A stretch of DNA of 63,986 nucleotides, counting the filler, from Cladosporium halotolerans (lineage: Eukaryota): NCBI RefSeq assembly GCF_011745625.1. It is 5 parts of 5 records of this genome, joined end to end, with 100 filler letters (N's around TTAATTAATTAA, not from the genome) between each part and the next. Parts side by side here need not be neighbours in the genome. Positions count along the whole stretch, not along the records: positions 40,137 to 53,219 come from NW_027191571.1; positions 53,320 to 63,986 come from NW_027191593.1; 3 more parts are not named here. One strand, 5' to 3'. The notes beneath the pieces are model-generated. The model ran no database searches and had not been told where the DNA came from. It saw only the letters and a program-made list of their open reading frames with translations. A program made the translations under genes and the position numbers. Positions within the stretch are counted from its first letter, which is position 1. Every line of letters begins with the position of its first letter. Shown here in pieces: positions 44,642-58,190 of this stretch.

Positions 44642-46921
44642 TCAGGCTTCCGTATCTTCCGCCAAAGATTTCTCCAGCATGGCAGTCTTCACCCTCAGCT
44701 CTTCCAGCCTCCTCTCCTTGTCGGCCCTCAATAATTCCTTCGAGCTGCTTTCGAGCGGCGGATCCTCACCGGTCACAACAAACCCACCGTCTTCATCGTA
44801 CACGCCGTCGTTTCGATCCAGCTCTGCTCCACTCTCGTCTTCCAAGGTTTCTCCCCTCTCGAGTTCCTCCATTGGACCTTTGTACTCCACCCCCCAGTCC
44901 CTGCAGGTCCGCTTGCTTGCACCTTCAGGCACGATTACACTTGGCATCCCAGCGCCTTTCATCAGGTCTCGAATCTTCCGGCTCACAAGCCCGACGCCCC
45001 ACACCTTGCCCATGTAGCTTCTTGACCAGAAACGTGGACCCTGACCGTCATCAAGATCTAAGCGTATGAACATCGTCGGCATCTTCTTGAGGTTCTTCCC
45101 CGTCGTTCTCGGGATCATCGCGATCCCAGAAATTTCAGTTGTGTTGAAGGGGTGCTTCTGAAGTTCAGCCACATTGCCATCTGCAGTGGTGATTTCGATG
45201 CCTCTGCTGTTTTTGTATTCGTCGACAAGCGATTCGCGGTACATAGTCGCTGCCTTGATATGCCATAGGGTGATACGTCCTTGGTTGTAGGTGCCCACCT
45301 CAACCAACACTTGGTAGTATTCCGTTCCGTCACGCTTCTTGCTCGCCACCCTGAACCCACCGATCTTTCCTTCTTGGCGATCGGGGTCAGTGAAGACTTC
45401 GTTTCTGACCTGCAAGGACGATTCTTCAGCAATGGGAGGGATACCACCTTCGCCCATAGCGGCGTCCCGATCTGTCGTCTGCGCTTCTGCTGAGGTAGGG
45501 CTTGATTGGGGACCATTCGCATCGTTTAAGCTCTCGCCTTCGACTGCCGGCTCATTGCTGCTGACGTCGTGTGAAGATCGAGGCTCAGTCGAGCTGCGAT
45601 CATCAAGTCTCTTGTGCGCAGGACTATCTCCATCTCCATCCGGGCTGGACCCACCCCTCTTGCGCTTGCGAGCATCAGCTTTCGGAGTCAGCAGCATCCC
45701 TGAGGACTTGATGGCGCTATCACGTTCTTGCAGTTGCCTCGTATAGACGGACTCCGTCATTGGCTTTCCATGCTGCGAGGCAACCTGTTGAATCTCTTCA
45801 ATTGTGTAGGGAGAATCTTTCTCGCGCCGCGTGGCCAGTCTTGGAACAGTGCGGTTGAAATGCTTTATCCATTCCGGAGGGTACCCTTTGCTCTCCAACA
45901 AATCATGAAAATGCTTCGACCAGGTGTTGTATACATCTTCGCCATTGGGAAGACGATTGCCGTCTCCATCAACCAGGTCCGCTCCTCTGCCAGCTAAATT
46001 TGCGACGATAGCCTTGCTGTGCTCCAAATGCGCACAGCTCATGACAATCTGTCGGATGGTCGACACAGGAAGCCTCGCATCGCCAGCGAAATTCCTCGCT
46101 TTGGCTTCTTCCTGGACTTTTGCATTGACTACGGCGTCGTACTCTTTCGCGGCCGGATCGTCGAGCGGATCAGCTAGCATTTTTCCGAACAAATTCTCGA
46201 ATCTGCTGTCACCATTGCAGATTTGTGCTATAAAATCTGGAGCTTCTGTCACGCTCTTCCTGGAATCCTCGATATGAGGAGAGTCCTTTGCTCCTTCCCT
46301 ACGGTCTTCCGACAAATTTGGTGCTTTGTCAAGCAAAACCCACTTGTCACCCTGGAGATCATAGTAGTCCTCTGTCAGGCTAGAACGTTTGCCCCGGCTT
46401 TGTACATATTGCACAACTTCGTTAATGACTTGAGGCGGGAAGGGGAACTCGTTATTCTCTGCATTGCTTGCAGTTTTCAGTTCAAGGGTGAGTGCTGGAA
46501 ACCCAATCAGTCGTCCTGTTGTGCACTAGATCCGTGCACAGTTCCACGTACCTTGCGTGACATATTCTTGAGCCTCATGCTCGGTGACATTTTCGACTAT
46601 AAAACGTGCATAGGCGCGAAGTCGACGACAACGAACATACACGTTGCGATCGGCCGTACTTGTCGCGGATAAGCCCTTCTCAGGGTGCGGCAGATCGTCA
46701 TCGAATACGTTGTTCCAATCTGGGTGTGCTTTTTTGTGTTCTTCGCGTCTCTCATCGGCTTTCTTTAGATTTGTGTAGTAAGTGGCGTAAAAATCTTCAA
46801 AGGAAAATGCTACATCGCTCGGAGCCTTATTTGCATTCGTGCCGCCTTGCGCTGGAGAAGCAAAAGCTTGGCCAGATGTCGCACCTTGCGCGTTTCGGTG
46901 GGATTTTGTTGCGACTGACAT
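44642..46921 (-). pseudogene. Large hypothetical protein (~759 codons) broken by one TAG at 46526-46528
   Basis: ORFs 46526-46921 and 44642-46414 are in frame with no other stop between them. Confidence 0.65.
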
Positions 46922-47575
46922 AATGAGCGCAAGTTCGATCGATGCGTTTCAGAAATTGGATGTTCGGTCGCTGTGTTGATAAGCTGGTGTCTGTTAAGGA
47001 TGCGAGAGATACAGTTGATACTCATGCGGACTATATATTCCTGCCAGGAGCGCTCCTAGAGTCAACCTTTATGATGATAGACCCAACACGTGCGAAGGGG
47101 GGCAGAGTTTTGGAAGAGAGGCGGGAGCCCCTGGGGTCCAAAAATTAGCTTTCTAACTTGAGTCTCAGTGCAGCGTGACTGGTACTGTACTGTATGATTG
47201 TCAGACTATACAGTACGGTACATTCGGCCCTGACCTACCAGACGTGGCTACCTAACGAAAGCGCTGGAATGTGCGTCCAATTCCATCGCGCGCAGTTCGG
47301 CAAGAACGCATGCGCTCGACCCTGCGGCCCCTCACGAAAGCTTTCTGGTAAGGCTGTGCGCACCACGCCCGCCCCATGCTCTCAACAAAGTTTGTGCAGT
47401 CTCCGTCAACGTCGGTCGATCGTCGACTCACTTATGACCTTGGATCGCACTGTAGAGGTACAGTAAGTGGCTGACTTACCAAGTGCTGCTGTGATCACCT
47501 CTCCCCCATTTCTGCGGTTGACCGTGCTCTTTTCTTGTTTACCTCCTTCAATCTCATATTTACCCGTCGTTGAAC

Positions 47576-49007
47576 ATGCGCAGCAATAACGTTCGACAGA
47601 TTTGCCCGCATAAGTTCCTCCGCATCGTCCTCGCCGCGGCTGTCGCTGCCGCTGTCTTCTTCTTCGCTACCATGGAGCGCGGTTCCACGAGATATGCCGA
47701 AGTCAGTGCAGCGTCCGATCTAAATTTATCTGGAAAGTCACCACAAGCAGTAGGACCCTGCAAAAGCTTGCCTGGTGCGGACAGAACTGTCGTCATCATT
47801 CGGACTGGTTCGACTGAACTAGAGAACAGACTCCCTGTCCACTTGACGACGAGCGTACGGTGCTTTTCGGACTACTTGATCTTCTCCGACACTGACGAAT
47901 ATTACCTTGGTGAGCACATCCTGGACGCTTTAGCAGATGTCAGTCCCAGCATCACCGAGCATAACTCCGACTTCGAGCTATATCGACGACTACGCAAAGG
48001 CGGAAGATCAGCTTTGCATCCGTCAGAGCTTGCGGGTCCACTGGACGAGATCCCAAACATGTCCGGGAAGTCGGAGAACCCTGGATGGAAGCTTGATAAA
48101 TGGAAGTTCCTCCCGATGATCAACAGAACACTGCAGATGAGACCTGACAAGCAGTGGTACGTTTTCGTGGAGGCAGACACCTTTGTTCTCTGGTCCATGC
48201 TGCTGCGATACCTGGAGAGCTTTGACCCGACAAAGCCAATATACGCGGGCAATCCCATGCTTATAGGGGAGGTCATGTTCGCACACGGCGGCTCGGGGTT
48301 TGTCGTTTCTCGGCCTGCGCTGGAATCGGTCGTCGAGCATTACGCAACGCGCAAAGAAGAAATCGAAAGCTTCACCAATGAACACTGGGCGGGAGATTGT
48401 GTTCTGGGTAAGGTACTCCTTGATTCGGGAGTGTCCATGACAAACGCCTGGCCGGCTTTTCAAGGGGATTATCCAGGCTTCCTCTCGTACACGCCAGCAG
48501 ACAGACGTCCCATGGCCAACAATTTTCTAAGAGAATGGTGCGGCCCCACTGTCTCTTACCATCATATGGCCCCGTCTGAGATTGAGGAGCTGTGGCACTT
48601 CGAGCAAGACTGGCTGATCAACCAAAGCCCGGTGGGTGCTAGTTCGTCCTAGATCCCTTCGAATGCGGACACTGACCTAACGCTTCGCAGGGGAAAAAGT
48701 CTTGCGTCACATAGATATCTTTACCAAATTTGCCATGCCTCGGATGAGGTCCGTCAAGGGAAATTGGGATAATTTGAGCGAGGACCGATCGATGATCGCT
48801 TCTTCAATTGATGAGTGTAGACATAAGTGCATGGCGAATCCGGCATGCATGCAATATTCTTATGACAAAGATGGATCATGCAAGACACACGTCCATCTAA
48901 GGCTGGGAAGGGCTAAGCCTGGAATTACATCAGGATGGATCTGGGATCGTGTGGTTGACTTTGCACAGGGTATGGCGTCTTGTGAGGGAGCGAGTTGGCC
49001 GACATGA
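47576..49007 (+). CDS. Glycosyltransferase family 31 (Fringe-like) with C-terminal PAN/apple-like Cys domain
   Basis: N-terminal TM; GWKLDKWKFLPM, WYVFVEADT, FAHGGSGFVVS, WAGDCVLG, VSYHH; intron ~48632-48690 (phase uncertain). Confidence 0.85.
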
Positions 49008-49168
49008 TCGAACGAAATGTACGGCATCGTGTATGCTGTAGGGATTACAAGCTTAGCTGTATAAATCAAGTCTTTGTGGGCGAGACTATTGGTGTACATG
49101 TGGAATAAGATCACGTGTCAACGTAACACAACGAAGTCAGACCTCCGGCCGCTGATTCGGCCACGAGC

Positions 49169-50947
49169 TTAGTGACATTCGGCTTCGTTTCGGTCAGTGA
49201 GCATTTCCACCACGGTGAAGTCCTCCCAAACAGGCAGACTGGCGTCATCGCAAGGCAAGTGAACGTCATAACGGATAATGCTGACATCCACGCCAGGCAA
49301 ATTGCTGGCATCTTTGATACAACCGTCTGCATCAACTATGCGCCAGTCGAATCCTTGTCTGGCAAGGTCGCTGATGGTGCCAAAATCACGTCTCTGGGCT
49401 ATTCCTGACCTCTCTGGAAGGTCGGGCGGAAAAGACCTGTTGGGAATGGAGACACCTGCACGCAGTCGAAAGCCAGAATTGAAGAGCGAGCCCGAGAGGA
49501 AAAAGCCGTGGAACCCCATCAAGCTTCTACTCTTCCGCCACTCCGTGGGGTTGGTCTTGTTGAAGTCCCCGTCGAAAAGAAAGATGGTAAAGGATCCGTT
49601 CAGAGCTCCGGCGTCACGTTGAATGCAGGCGAAATGCTTCGTCAGCTTGATTGAGGGACCGGCCGCCTGGCCGTTGTCGAGCCATAACATAGGACCGTGA
49701 ACTTCGTCAGTTCTCTTGGCCAAGCCGCCATGGACCTCTTGATCTGGCCCAGCGACCGAAATCTTCACAGTATGGAGGCCGTTGATCACGGATGTCACAT
49801 TCTCCTCGCCGAGACCTTCGTACGTGTAGTTCAGCGAACGTGTGGAACGCAATGCGTTGGAAGTCCAGAATCCGTTCTTCGCACTCGACCGGAAGGGCTG
49901 AAGGCTGGTGTTCCCATCCGTGACCGAGCCGGAAGTATACCACATGGAAGAAGCGGCTTCCACAGATTGAGAAACCCACTCGTCAGGCTAGGCGGCTTGA
50001 TAGATGGCGAGTATCCGGTCCACATTTGTGTGACGCAGCCAGAAAATAGGATCAAAAGCCGCTTGTGAGATGACGCTCATGTGACCTCCAACAAGAACAT
50101 GCACGAGGTCGTGTATCGCCTCCAAATTGCTGGGATTCAGACTTTGTGTCCCCTTGTTGGCACCATCGAGCCTGGCTTCGGTGCTGAAGTCTGAGGTCTG
50201 AGCAGATGACAGCGCAGCCCAAAGATCAGCACGCAGCTGAAGGATGTCACTGACGGCAAAAGTTGGCCGTCTGTATGTTTCGTTGGCGTTCATGAAGCTG
50301 TGATCTTCATTTGATCGGAACACATAGCTCTTCAGGGGATTGGTGATGTTCGCACGACCTGAGGGAGTACTGACGAGCACTTCTTCGTCGGTGAACACTC
50401 GAGGGAAAGAGTCTGCAGTTTCCAAAGGAAGCTTGGCCCAGTCCCAGAATGGCAGTCTGAGACGTTCGGCAGCTCGTACATAACGGCCACGTTCATCGCC
50501 GGTGAACTGCTTGGCTACAGACATCGCATTCAGCAACAGCGCCTGCTCGAAGAGCGCCATATAAGCGCGATGCCAGGTTGGGAACAAGGTGGACTGGTGG
50601 GTGCAGTACCCTGAGAAGGCGCAGCCATCACACGGCTCGTTGTTGTCCCAAGCAATATACGGCTGGCCGTGGATGGCAGCAATCTGGTAACATGACATGG
50701 GATCGCTCCCGTCCGCCTCTTTGAACTGGGAGAGACCGAGAAGATATATGTTCCATTCATCTTCATTTTCTCGCAACGCATGAATTTCTCTTCGATAGCC
50801 GACGCCATCGCTAGCGGATCCGGCTATTGTTACAAAACTTTGGTTCCGGGTGGAGAGAATCTGGTCGGGTAGGGATACGTGTGCTGACTGAGCAGAGCAG
50901 CAATTTTCAAGGGTCAGTAAAAGAGCCGCCTCCCAAAAAAGTAGCAT
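49169..50947 (-). pseudogene. Secreted tyrosinase with a nonsense codon at 49988
   Basis: Signal peptide; CuA AIHG..CTH..FPTWHR; CuB EAIHDLVH..DPIFWLRH; in-frame continuation with LNYTY after TAG. Confidence 0.85.
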
Positions 50948-51621
50948 TGCTGCAACCGCGTGGAGAGTGATCTTCGTGTCGACGTAGCCTGATGGAAGTA
51001 GTAAGGTGAAGTCTCGCAGTAGGCTCTCGTGAAGAAGCGCCAGAGTTTTTGAGCGAATGTCGGTCCGAGTCGATGGCGCTATGAGCCTTTCGCCGAGACT
51101 GCCAGTATACCAAAGCAGGACGAGCAGGCATGAGGAAAGACAGACTTTGAATCAGACCCGCCTGAGTGAGACCTCGCTCATTTATGGCATCGAGGGAAGA
51201 TGCAAAAAGCGGATCCATGCGTCATGTCCGGCAACCCGTTGCGAGGGTAGTGTTGTTCGAATGAACCGACTTTTCCCGTCCTGCTCTTCACACCGACAAA
51301 TTCAGATGAGGATCACAAGCACAGCCTTCCTATGGCGGGGCCACGGCCTACAGGGGTAAGACCTCTTGTTCTCCATCCGTCGAAAAACGAAGTGTTCCAA
51401 AGTCATGCTGCTGTGCAGTCACATTGCTGGTGTTCACGTCTCATCAAAACATCCGGCCCGCGAAGGCATCATCACCCCCCGTCTCTGATATAATTTGCTT
51501 GGCTATGTCGGCACACTTATTTTGCCACCTCATTCGGGATTAGCGGTCCTGAGTGGGAGAAATACCACGGAACAATTCTAGATGCAATCCCTAGCAGCCC
51601 CATCTGCGACCGCGACATGAC

Positions 51622-53219
51622 CAGGGTGTTCATCAGACAGACACAGACAGACTGTCTGTCTGTCTGATCACGTAATCAGACAAACAAACATCAGCAAAGT
51701 CATTATATAAGCAGACCAGACAATTATCTGTTGTCTGCAGACTGTCTGCAGACATTGTATTTTTCTTGGCATTGAATGTGATCAATTCCAGATCTCGTCT
51801 CGTAACCCCAACCCTGACCCTATCAGCGCGCAGCCGAGACCTGTGCCCCTCTGGTGGGTTGTGACGCAATGCACGCGACGCGGCGACACGCGAGTCCCGC
51901 AGCGTTGCGCCCGACTCGACAAGCCGCCGGTAAACAAGCAACAAGCATTGACTGCGAACTGCCCCACGATGGCAGACGTACCAGTGGGCACAACGGAACT
52001 ATGCACTGCACCCTCGCAGCGCAGACGGCAAAATGAGGGCGGTCTGCTAATTACTGGCGCGGACCTGAGTGGCTACGCGCCCGCACCGCCCTCGAAGAAG
52101 CCGCGGGAAAGCTGGATATGGAAACACGGAGAGGCGTTGATACGAGACAGTGACTACAGCCTCGTTTGGCTCTGTACAATATGTCATGCCGATTCCGTGC
52201 ATCACCCGCATAAGGATTACATCCTCGCAGCTGCCTCGACCACACCGGCACGGCGTCACATGGAGCGACATGGTTTCGATCTCAAAGGACAACAGGTGCA
52301 CCGAGGCTTGAAGCGTCGAGCAGGCTCCTTGCTTGACTATGTTGACCGTCAGCACACGGCCGATCATTCGACTTTCAACGAGAAAGGATGGATTGATGCT
52401 TTCGTGCGATGGGCAGTGACTACCAACCAATCGTTACTACAGGCGAGCTCGCAATCACATCTATTCCTGCTGACCTTCCAAAACCCTCGACTAGAAAACT
52501 TGGTCCCGACCAGCGCAAATACGATCCGAGATTGGATCATGCAAGCAGCATCTGCTGCCAAGGAGAAAATCAAAAAGTCTTTAAGTCAAGCAGCGAGTAG
52601 CATAACAATTTCCTTCGATAACTGGACCGCTGACAACGGCCTGGATTTTCTCGGAGTGACTGCACATTACCTCGATGCTTCTCTCTGTCCGCGCGCCATA
52701 CTTCTCGGTCTGCGCGACACGAGGGGATCGCACAGCGGCGAAAGCATCGCAGAGGAGGTCTTACGGGTGATCAACGACTTCGAAATTGCCGAAGAAGTGG
52801 AGTATTTCATGGCAGACAACGCGACCGCAAACGACCGAGCGATCAGAGTTTTGAGCGGTAGTCTGGACATTGATCAAGAACACGACCGTCTGCGCTGCGG
52901 TGCCCATGTGATAAATCTCGTGGCTAAGGCGGTGCTTTACAGCACAGATAACGATGCAATCGATCAAGAAGAGCGCGAAGACTGCCTTTCGGACAGCCGC
53001 CATGTAGCCGCTCTCGAAGCACTTGTGCGGTCTGAGCCTTTAGAAGAAGCACTTCAGACGTGGCGTCGCAAAGGCCCTGCCGGGAAACTCCACAACCTAG
53101 TCACCCACATCCAGAAGACCCCAAAACGTCGGCGTTTCTTTGAGATCAAGCAAAACATCGACGCCGATCCCGACGACGGCCGGATCTATCGAGTGATCGT
53201 CAACGGCGGCATCAGGTGG
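51622..53219 (+). mobile_element. hAT transposon (left TIR plus transposase from ATG 51969, runs into the gap)
   Basis: CAGGGTG TIR; BED finger WIWKHG..CTIC..H..H; SFDNWT, DNATAND, RCGAH, ..IRW. Confidence 0.92.
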
Positions 53220-53319
53220 NNNNNNNNNNNNNNNNNNNNNNNNNNNNNNNNNNNNNNNNNNNNTTAATTAATTAANNNNNNNNNNNNNNNNNNNNNNNNN
53301 NNNNNNNNNNNNNNNNNNN
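53220..53319. other. Artificial contig linker
   Basis: N-TTAATTAATTAA-N. Confidence 0.97.
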
Positions 53320-53940
53320 TTCCGGACCTGCGCACCGTCGCGATCTCAGGAGATGAACACCAAGTGCCAGCTGAAGCAACGGCTCAACGGCCGCGCCGAC
53401 GGCCCGTACCCGCCCGCACCAGGATCGGTGGTTTGCGATGACGCGACAGCCGACTGTTGGTTTTTCCAACTCTCACCGGCCGGGCCGGCTTGCACATTGA
53501 ATCTGCTGAAGCCTTTTTCAACGCCTGCAAGAGCATTGTGATTGTCAACAAGTGTTGCCGGCGCCATGGCGACCCTCACGCAGACTCCCTGCAGCATCAA
53601 GGCGAAAAGTTCGCATTCACCTCTTTTTCTCCTTGCCTGGCTCCACGTCGCGTCAGGCCGTGACAACTAATCGAGGATGAGGGCAGCAAATCCGGGCACA
53701 GACCGCTTCGCAATCGGAGTGGAGGAGGCGATCTAGGGGGGCCGAACTGGGGCCGACAGGGGCTCACACAGCGATGGACAGACGTAAAGTTACAGCGGAA
53801 GGCTTCCAACGCTGACCTTCCAGGAAGTCGACCGGCGGACACGGCCTGGAGCACCCAACACATAAGTTACACAACGGCTCGGGCTCCTTGGACCGCAAAC
53901 TGGTTATTTCTCTGGATGGTGTGGAAGCCGCGCCGAAGGG

Positions 53941-55477
53941 ATGGCTTCAACGTATTTTCATCGCGCGACAGCGTTCGTTGTCCTCGCATTTCTGTCTTCG
54001 TTCTCTGCCGCCGGTCCAAATCTCCCGCAGCCACCTATTCCAGACAAAACCTTCACATCACCAAATTCCGTTCTATCCAACGTGAGCCGTGACTCCCAGG
54101 CGGGCCAATCTTCTCAGCGCAACGTGTATCGCAATGTGGCATACTACGTCGTCAGTTATTCTCTTCTCAGCGGCACGGCCTTGATGTGCACTAACGGCGA
54201 CGCAGAATTGGGCGATTTATGCTCGCAACCATCAGCCACAAGATATTCCTGTCGACAAGCTTACCCACGTGCTGTACGCTTTTGCCAACGTTCGTCCGGA
54301 ATCGGGGGAAGTGTATCTGACAGACAGCTGGTCTGATACTGACAAACACTATCCGAACGACTCTTGGAATGAGGGAGATGGGAACCTGTATGGCTGTCTG
54401 AAGTAACTGTATCTCCACAAAAAACGCAACAGAAACCTCAAGGTCCTACTGTCGATAGGAGGCTGGTCATACAGCTCCAATTTCGCCACGCCTGCCTCAT
54501 CACCCGCTGGTAGGGAGAAGTTCGCACAGACTGCTGTGGCCTTACTAAAGGATCTCCCCTTCGACGGCCTCGACGTGGACTGGGAGTACCCACAAACTCC
54601 GCAGGAGGGATCTGATTTCGTCGCCCTTCTTTCTGCCATCCGGCATGAGCTGGACAAGTATGCCATCTCTCTGCCATCGAAGCCACATTTTTTGTTGACA
54701 GCTGCTTCTCCGGCCGGACCCCAACACTTCCCAAACATACCCTTTCGCGACTTGGACCCCTACCTCGACTTTTGGAATCTTATGGCTTACGACTACGCTG
54801 GCTCGTGGGATACAGTCTCCGGCCGCCAAGCCAACATCTTCTTGTCGAATTCAACGCCGGCAGCAACGTCTTTCAACACTGACGCAGCAGTGGTCCACTA
54901 CAAAGAGCAAGGAGTACCTGCAGGAAAGATCGTGCTAGGCATGCCGCTATACGGTCGTGCGTTTCAAAATACTGATGGGCCGGGCACTGTGTTCAATGGT
55001 GTTGGGGAGGGAAGCATTCCCGGAGAAATTGGAGTGTGGACTTACAAGGTAGGACCTTGCCATTCATACATCCCCTTCGACAGAGGGTCACCGTCGATGT
55101 CTTTCTATGATCAGAACAAGAGTCAAGCACACTGACTCAGTCGTTAGGCTCTCCCACAGCCCAGAGCGAAGGTTTTTGAAGACGCCCAAGCCGCCGCGTC
55201 ATGGTCTTATGACGAAACATCGAAGACGATGATCTCATACGATACTCCCGAAGTGATGCGCCGGAAGGTCGATTACATCAAGAGTATGGGACTTGGAGGA
55301 GCTATGTTCTGGGAGACATCAGGCGATCGCCCATGCACAGACGAAGAAAGTCTGATTAATGTTGCCGCGATCCAACTCAGCCGCGGAGAAAACTGTCGCC
55401 TTGAAAGCAGCGACAATTGCCTCGATTATCCCGGAAGCAAATATGAGAACTTGAAAAGAGGGATGCCCAGTGAGTAG
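53941..55477 (+). pseudogene. GH18 chitinase (group A-like), 2 introns, TAA at 54404
   Basis: Signal peptide; [48 protein letters not shown] where Q is expected. Confidence 0.9.
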
Positions 55478-56030
55478 AGACAACAAGGCGGAATGTCTCA
55501 ATGCATGGATGATTCAATTTGTGGCGATGATCTGTTCGAAGTTATGGTGGGTTGTGGTATACGGTATGGGACGGACGGCCAGAGAGGAGTGATTTCCGGT
55601 CTGATGGGCTTCTCCGTCGGGACAACCACAATGTACGCAGCGTTATGTACACTGTAACAGTCTGTTGCCCCTTCGGTGCTTAAAGTTGGGCGGATTCAAT
55701 GCCATGCCTTGTCTTGCCTTTACACCAAGAAATGATTTCTTTCCACTCATCAAATGGTACGGTACTATTCACCAAGACTCCCTCCACCACCCTTTCCCTT
55801 GATACAATGCAGCTTGCAGGTCACCGTATAAAGTCATGGCCAAAGTCAAAGGCTCGTTTCCGAAGAGGGGCACACCGTGCCATGCCTGAGCGGGTCAAAT
55901 TCCGTTGGGACTCACGTCCTCGCTCCATCAATTCAACGAGGTAACGTTGTTAAACCCGTCCCTTCCAGTTAGCTTCTTGCAGACTTCTCGCTCTCTCTGT
56001 CGCTTTTTCGAAGCTCAGCAAGTTCGCGCC

Positions 56031-56697
56031 ATGTCTGATCATAATGTAACCAGTACCACCACGAGCAGAACCGGCAACTCTGACAGTACCAGTAGCGACG
56101 GCAGAAGTGGTATGTCAAGCTTCCTTGTGACAGCGCGCCTTTACTAATGTGAGAGACAAACAGACGTGTCTTACACTTCAGACCAGGAGATCGAAGGGTC
56201 GCCTACTCCACCACCCGAGGAGGTGACCGTCTCCGAAGCGATCGAAGATGCACCTGGGCCCGAATTGAGGAAGCTGGTCAAACGTCTCTAGGATCGCTTC
56301 GCAAATACCAGATCAACCATTGACGACGCGCTTCGGAGACCGATTGATAAGAGTTCAGGAATGATGCGTAAAGCTTTCGAGTATTGCCGCAATTGTCACG
56401 AGTACTACGATGTCGACTTGAACGCTTTAGGCGTTTGCAGATATCATTCTGGTGAGGGGTCAGACGTATGCAGTCAGACAAGGCTTCAGGCTAACATGTG
56501 AGATGATGCAAGACAATCCAGAACTTGACGACGACTCGGAAGTCTGGGCAGAGTGTTTTGACAAGTCGTGCGGTATGCCTCCGCCCGACTCGTTCATGGA
56601 AGACCCGGATTTTGAAGAAGGCTACCGCATGTCGTGTTGCGACAGGAGGTTGAACGAACCTGGTTGCGTGGTTTCGAGACACAAGCCAAGCTTGTAG
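56031..56697 (+). pseudogene. Small fungal Cys/His protein (CxxC..CxYH..SCC..GC..H), spliced, with internal TAG
   Basis: YCRNC..VCRYHSG and MSCCDRRLNEPGCVVSRH; stop near 56288; 3' part duplicated at 40281-40475. Confidence 0.55.
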
Positions 56698-58190
56698 AAG
56701 CGAGATACATAGCGGAGCCACACGCTCAAAGATATTTGAGATCAGTATACTAATCTGGCATATGGCGTTACTGTACATCTACACCATGACGTTCTGTCTT
56801 GCAGTTCTTTAGCCAATCTCAGGATGCAATCCTGTGGGCAAGATGGCGCAGGATCAGATTGCTTTCGTTCTCTTGTGAGAAGGAATCATGGCATCTTCGC
56901 CGGAGTCATCCCCAACAGCATGAAGCTTGCGCTTGCCGCTACTCGCTCGAGCTACACATCCTGGACGACTTGTGTTGACGGTCCTGCTTAGAGGCTGCTT
57001 TGCCACGTTTCCATTTGGGTGGGGGGGTCAGACAATGCTTCATAATGGGTCTTGGCACATTTGGAGGGCGTTGTGTCCAATTCGGCTCTTTATCGTTCCA
57101 CTCTGGCAGCCGTTAACCTCTATCAGGTCGTTGCGAAAACCTGGCCGTACCGAAAGAGCATATAGGCAACATCGGGCACAACATTTTACACACTGATCTT
57201 CTGTATTCGATATTCTTCCAACACAATGTCAACACTATAAAAATCACAGTTCTTCATTTTGAGCCTCATCGTTTATGTTAAAGGGCGATCTTGGCAGCGC
57301 GAACGGCTATACCGTAACCGTGATTTCTCTCTATCTTTTGCAAAAAATCGCTCTATGAGTCTACAGTTAGCCGCGCATGATTTGAAACATAGTCTATTTT
57401 GATCTCCAGTGTCGGCATTACGGCAAAACAGATCGTTTAAACTGGCTCACGCCATTCGAAATAAAGTTGAAGGGGCTCAAACGAGGCACATAGTAATCCT
57501 GCAGGGCAAATCTAGGGTGGACATGGCGCAGAAACCTCGGGTGTTCGTGGAAATATAAAGAGGACCACGATAGCCGGTGGAGGTGATAAGAAGCACACGA
57601 ACCGGCGCAACCTCGGTCCACGTCTCCGTGATCGCAAGCTCCGTGGCGCTCTACGGCTGCCCCCGCACTATGCATACCACTCGACCGTGGCAAGCGGACG
57701 TTCTCTTTCGTGGTATGCAATACTTTCTGGACAACCTTCAGCGCTAGAAGCAGTATAGCCACCCCTCTCTTAGCTCGGAGCAGACAAGAGGCACATGAAA
57801 AACACTGAAGATAGTACTAGTGCCAGTGGAACGATGCGTAGCATTCTGTTCATCTATTGGGAGCTAAAATTTGCATGATAATGAGAACCTTCGCCGTCAC
57901 GGGCTGTCTTCGGATGCTAAACATCTATATCAAGCTGACAGGACACATACAACCTTTGTGTAGCTCGCTCCACAAGCCATATCCCAATCTAGTCCTCGAA
58001 GGTAGCAGTTATCCAAGTTGCTTAAAGCGGCTGTGACAAGGGACAAGATTCAAGGACTTCGTGGTAGCCGTCTAACGGTCAAGTAGATGTGTAAAGTTAA
58101 TGCGTCGATCTTCCAAGCGGGTAAGAGAGCCGATGAGATGAAGAACGAGCTTGACGGACACAAAGATATCCCAGAGTCGAACAATAGAGA

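Noticed and set aside
13390..53319. Regularly spaced TTAATTAATTAA motifs in N runs, and any gene cluster spanning them
   Set aside because: Artificial linkers; contigs appear sorted by descending length, so cross-gap neighbourhoods are not biological
53320..53664. LTR fragment (minus strand begins TGTCACGG)
   Set aside because: Only the terminal motif; no second LTR, PBS/PPT or gag-pol evidence
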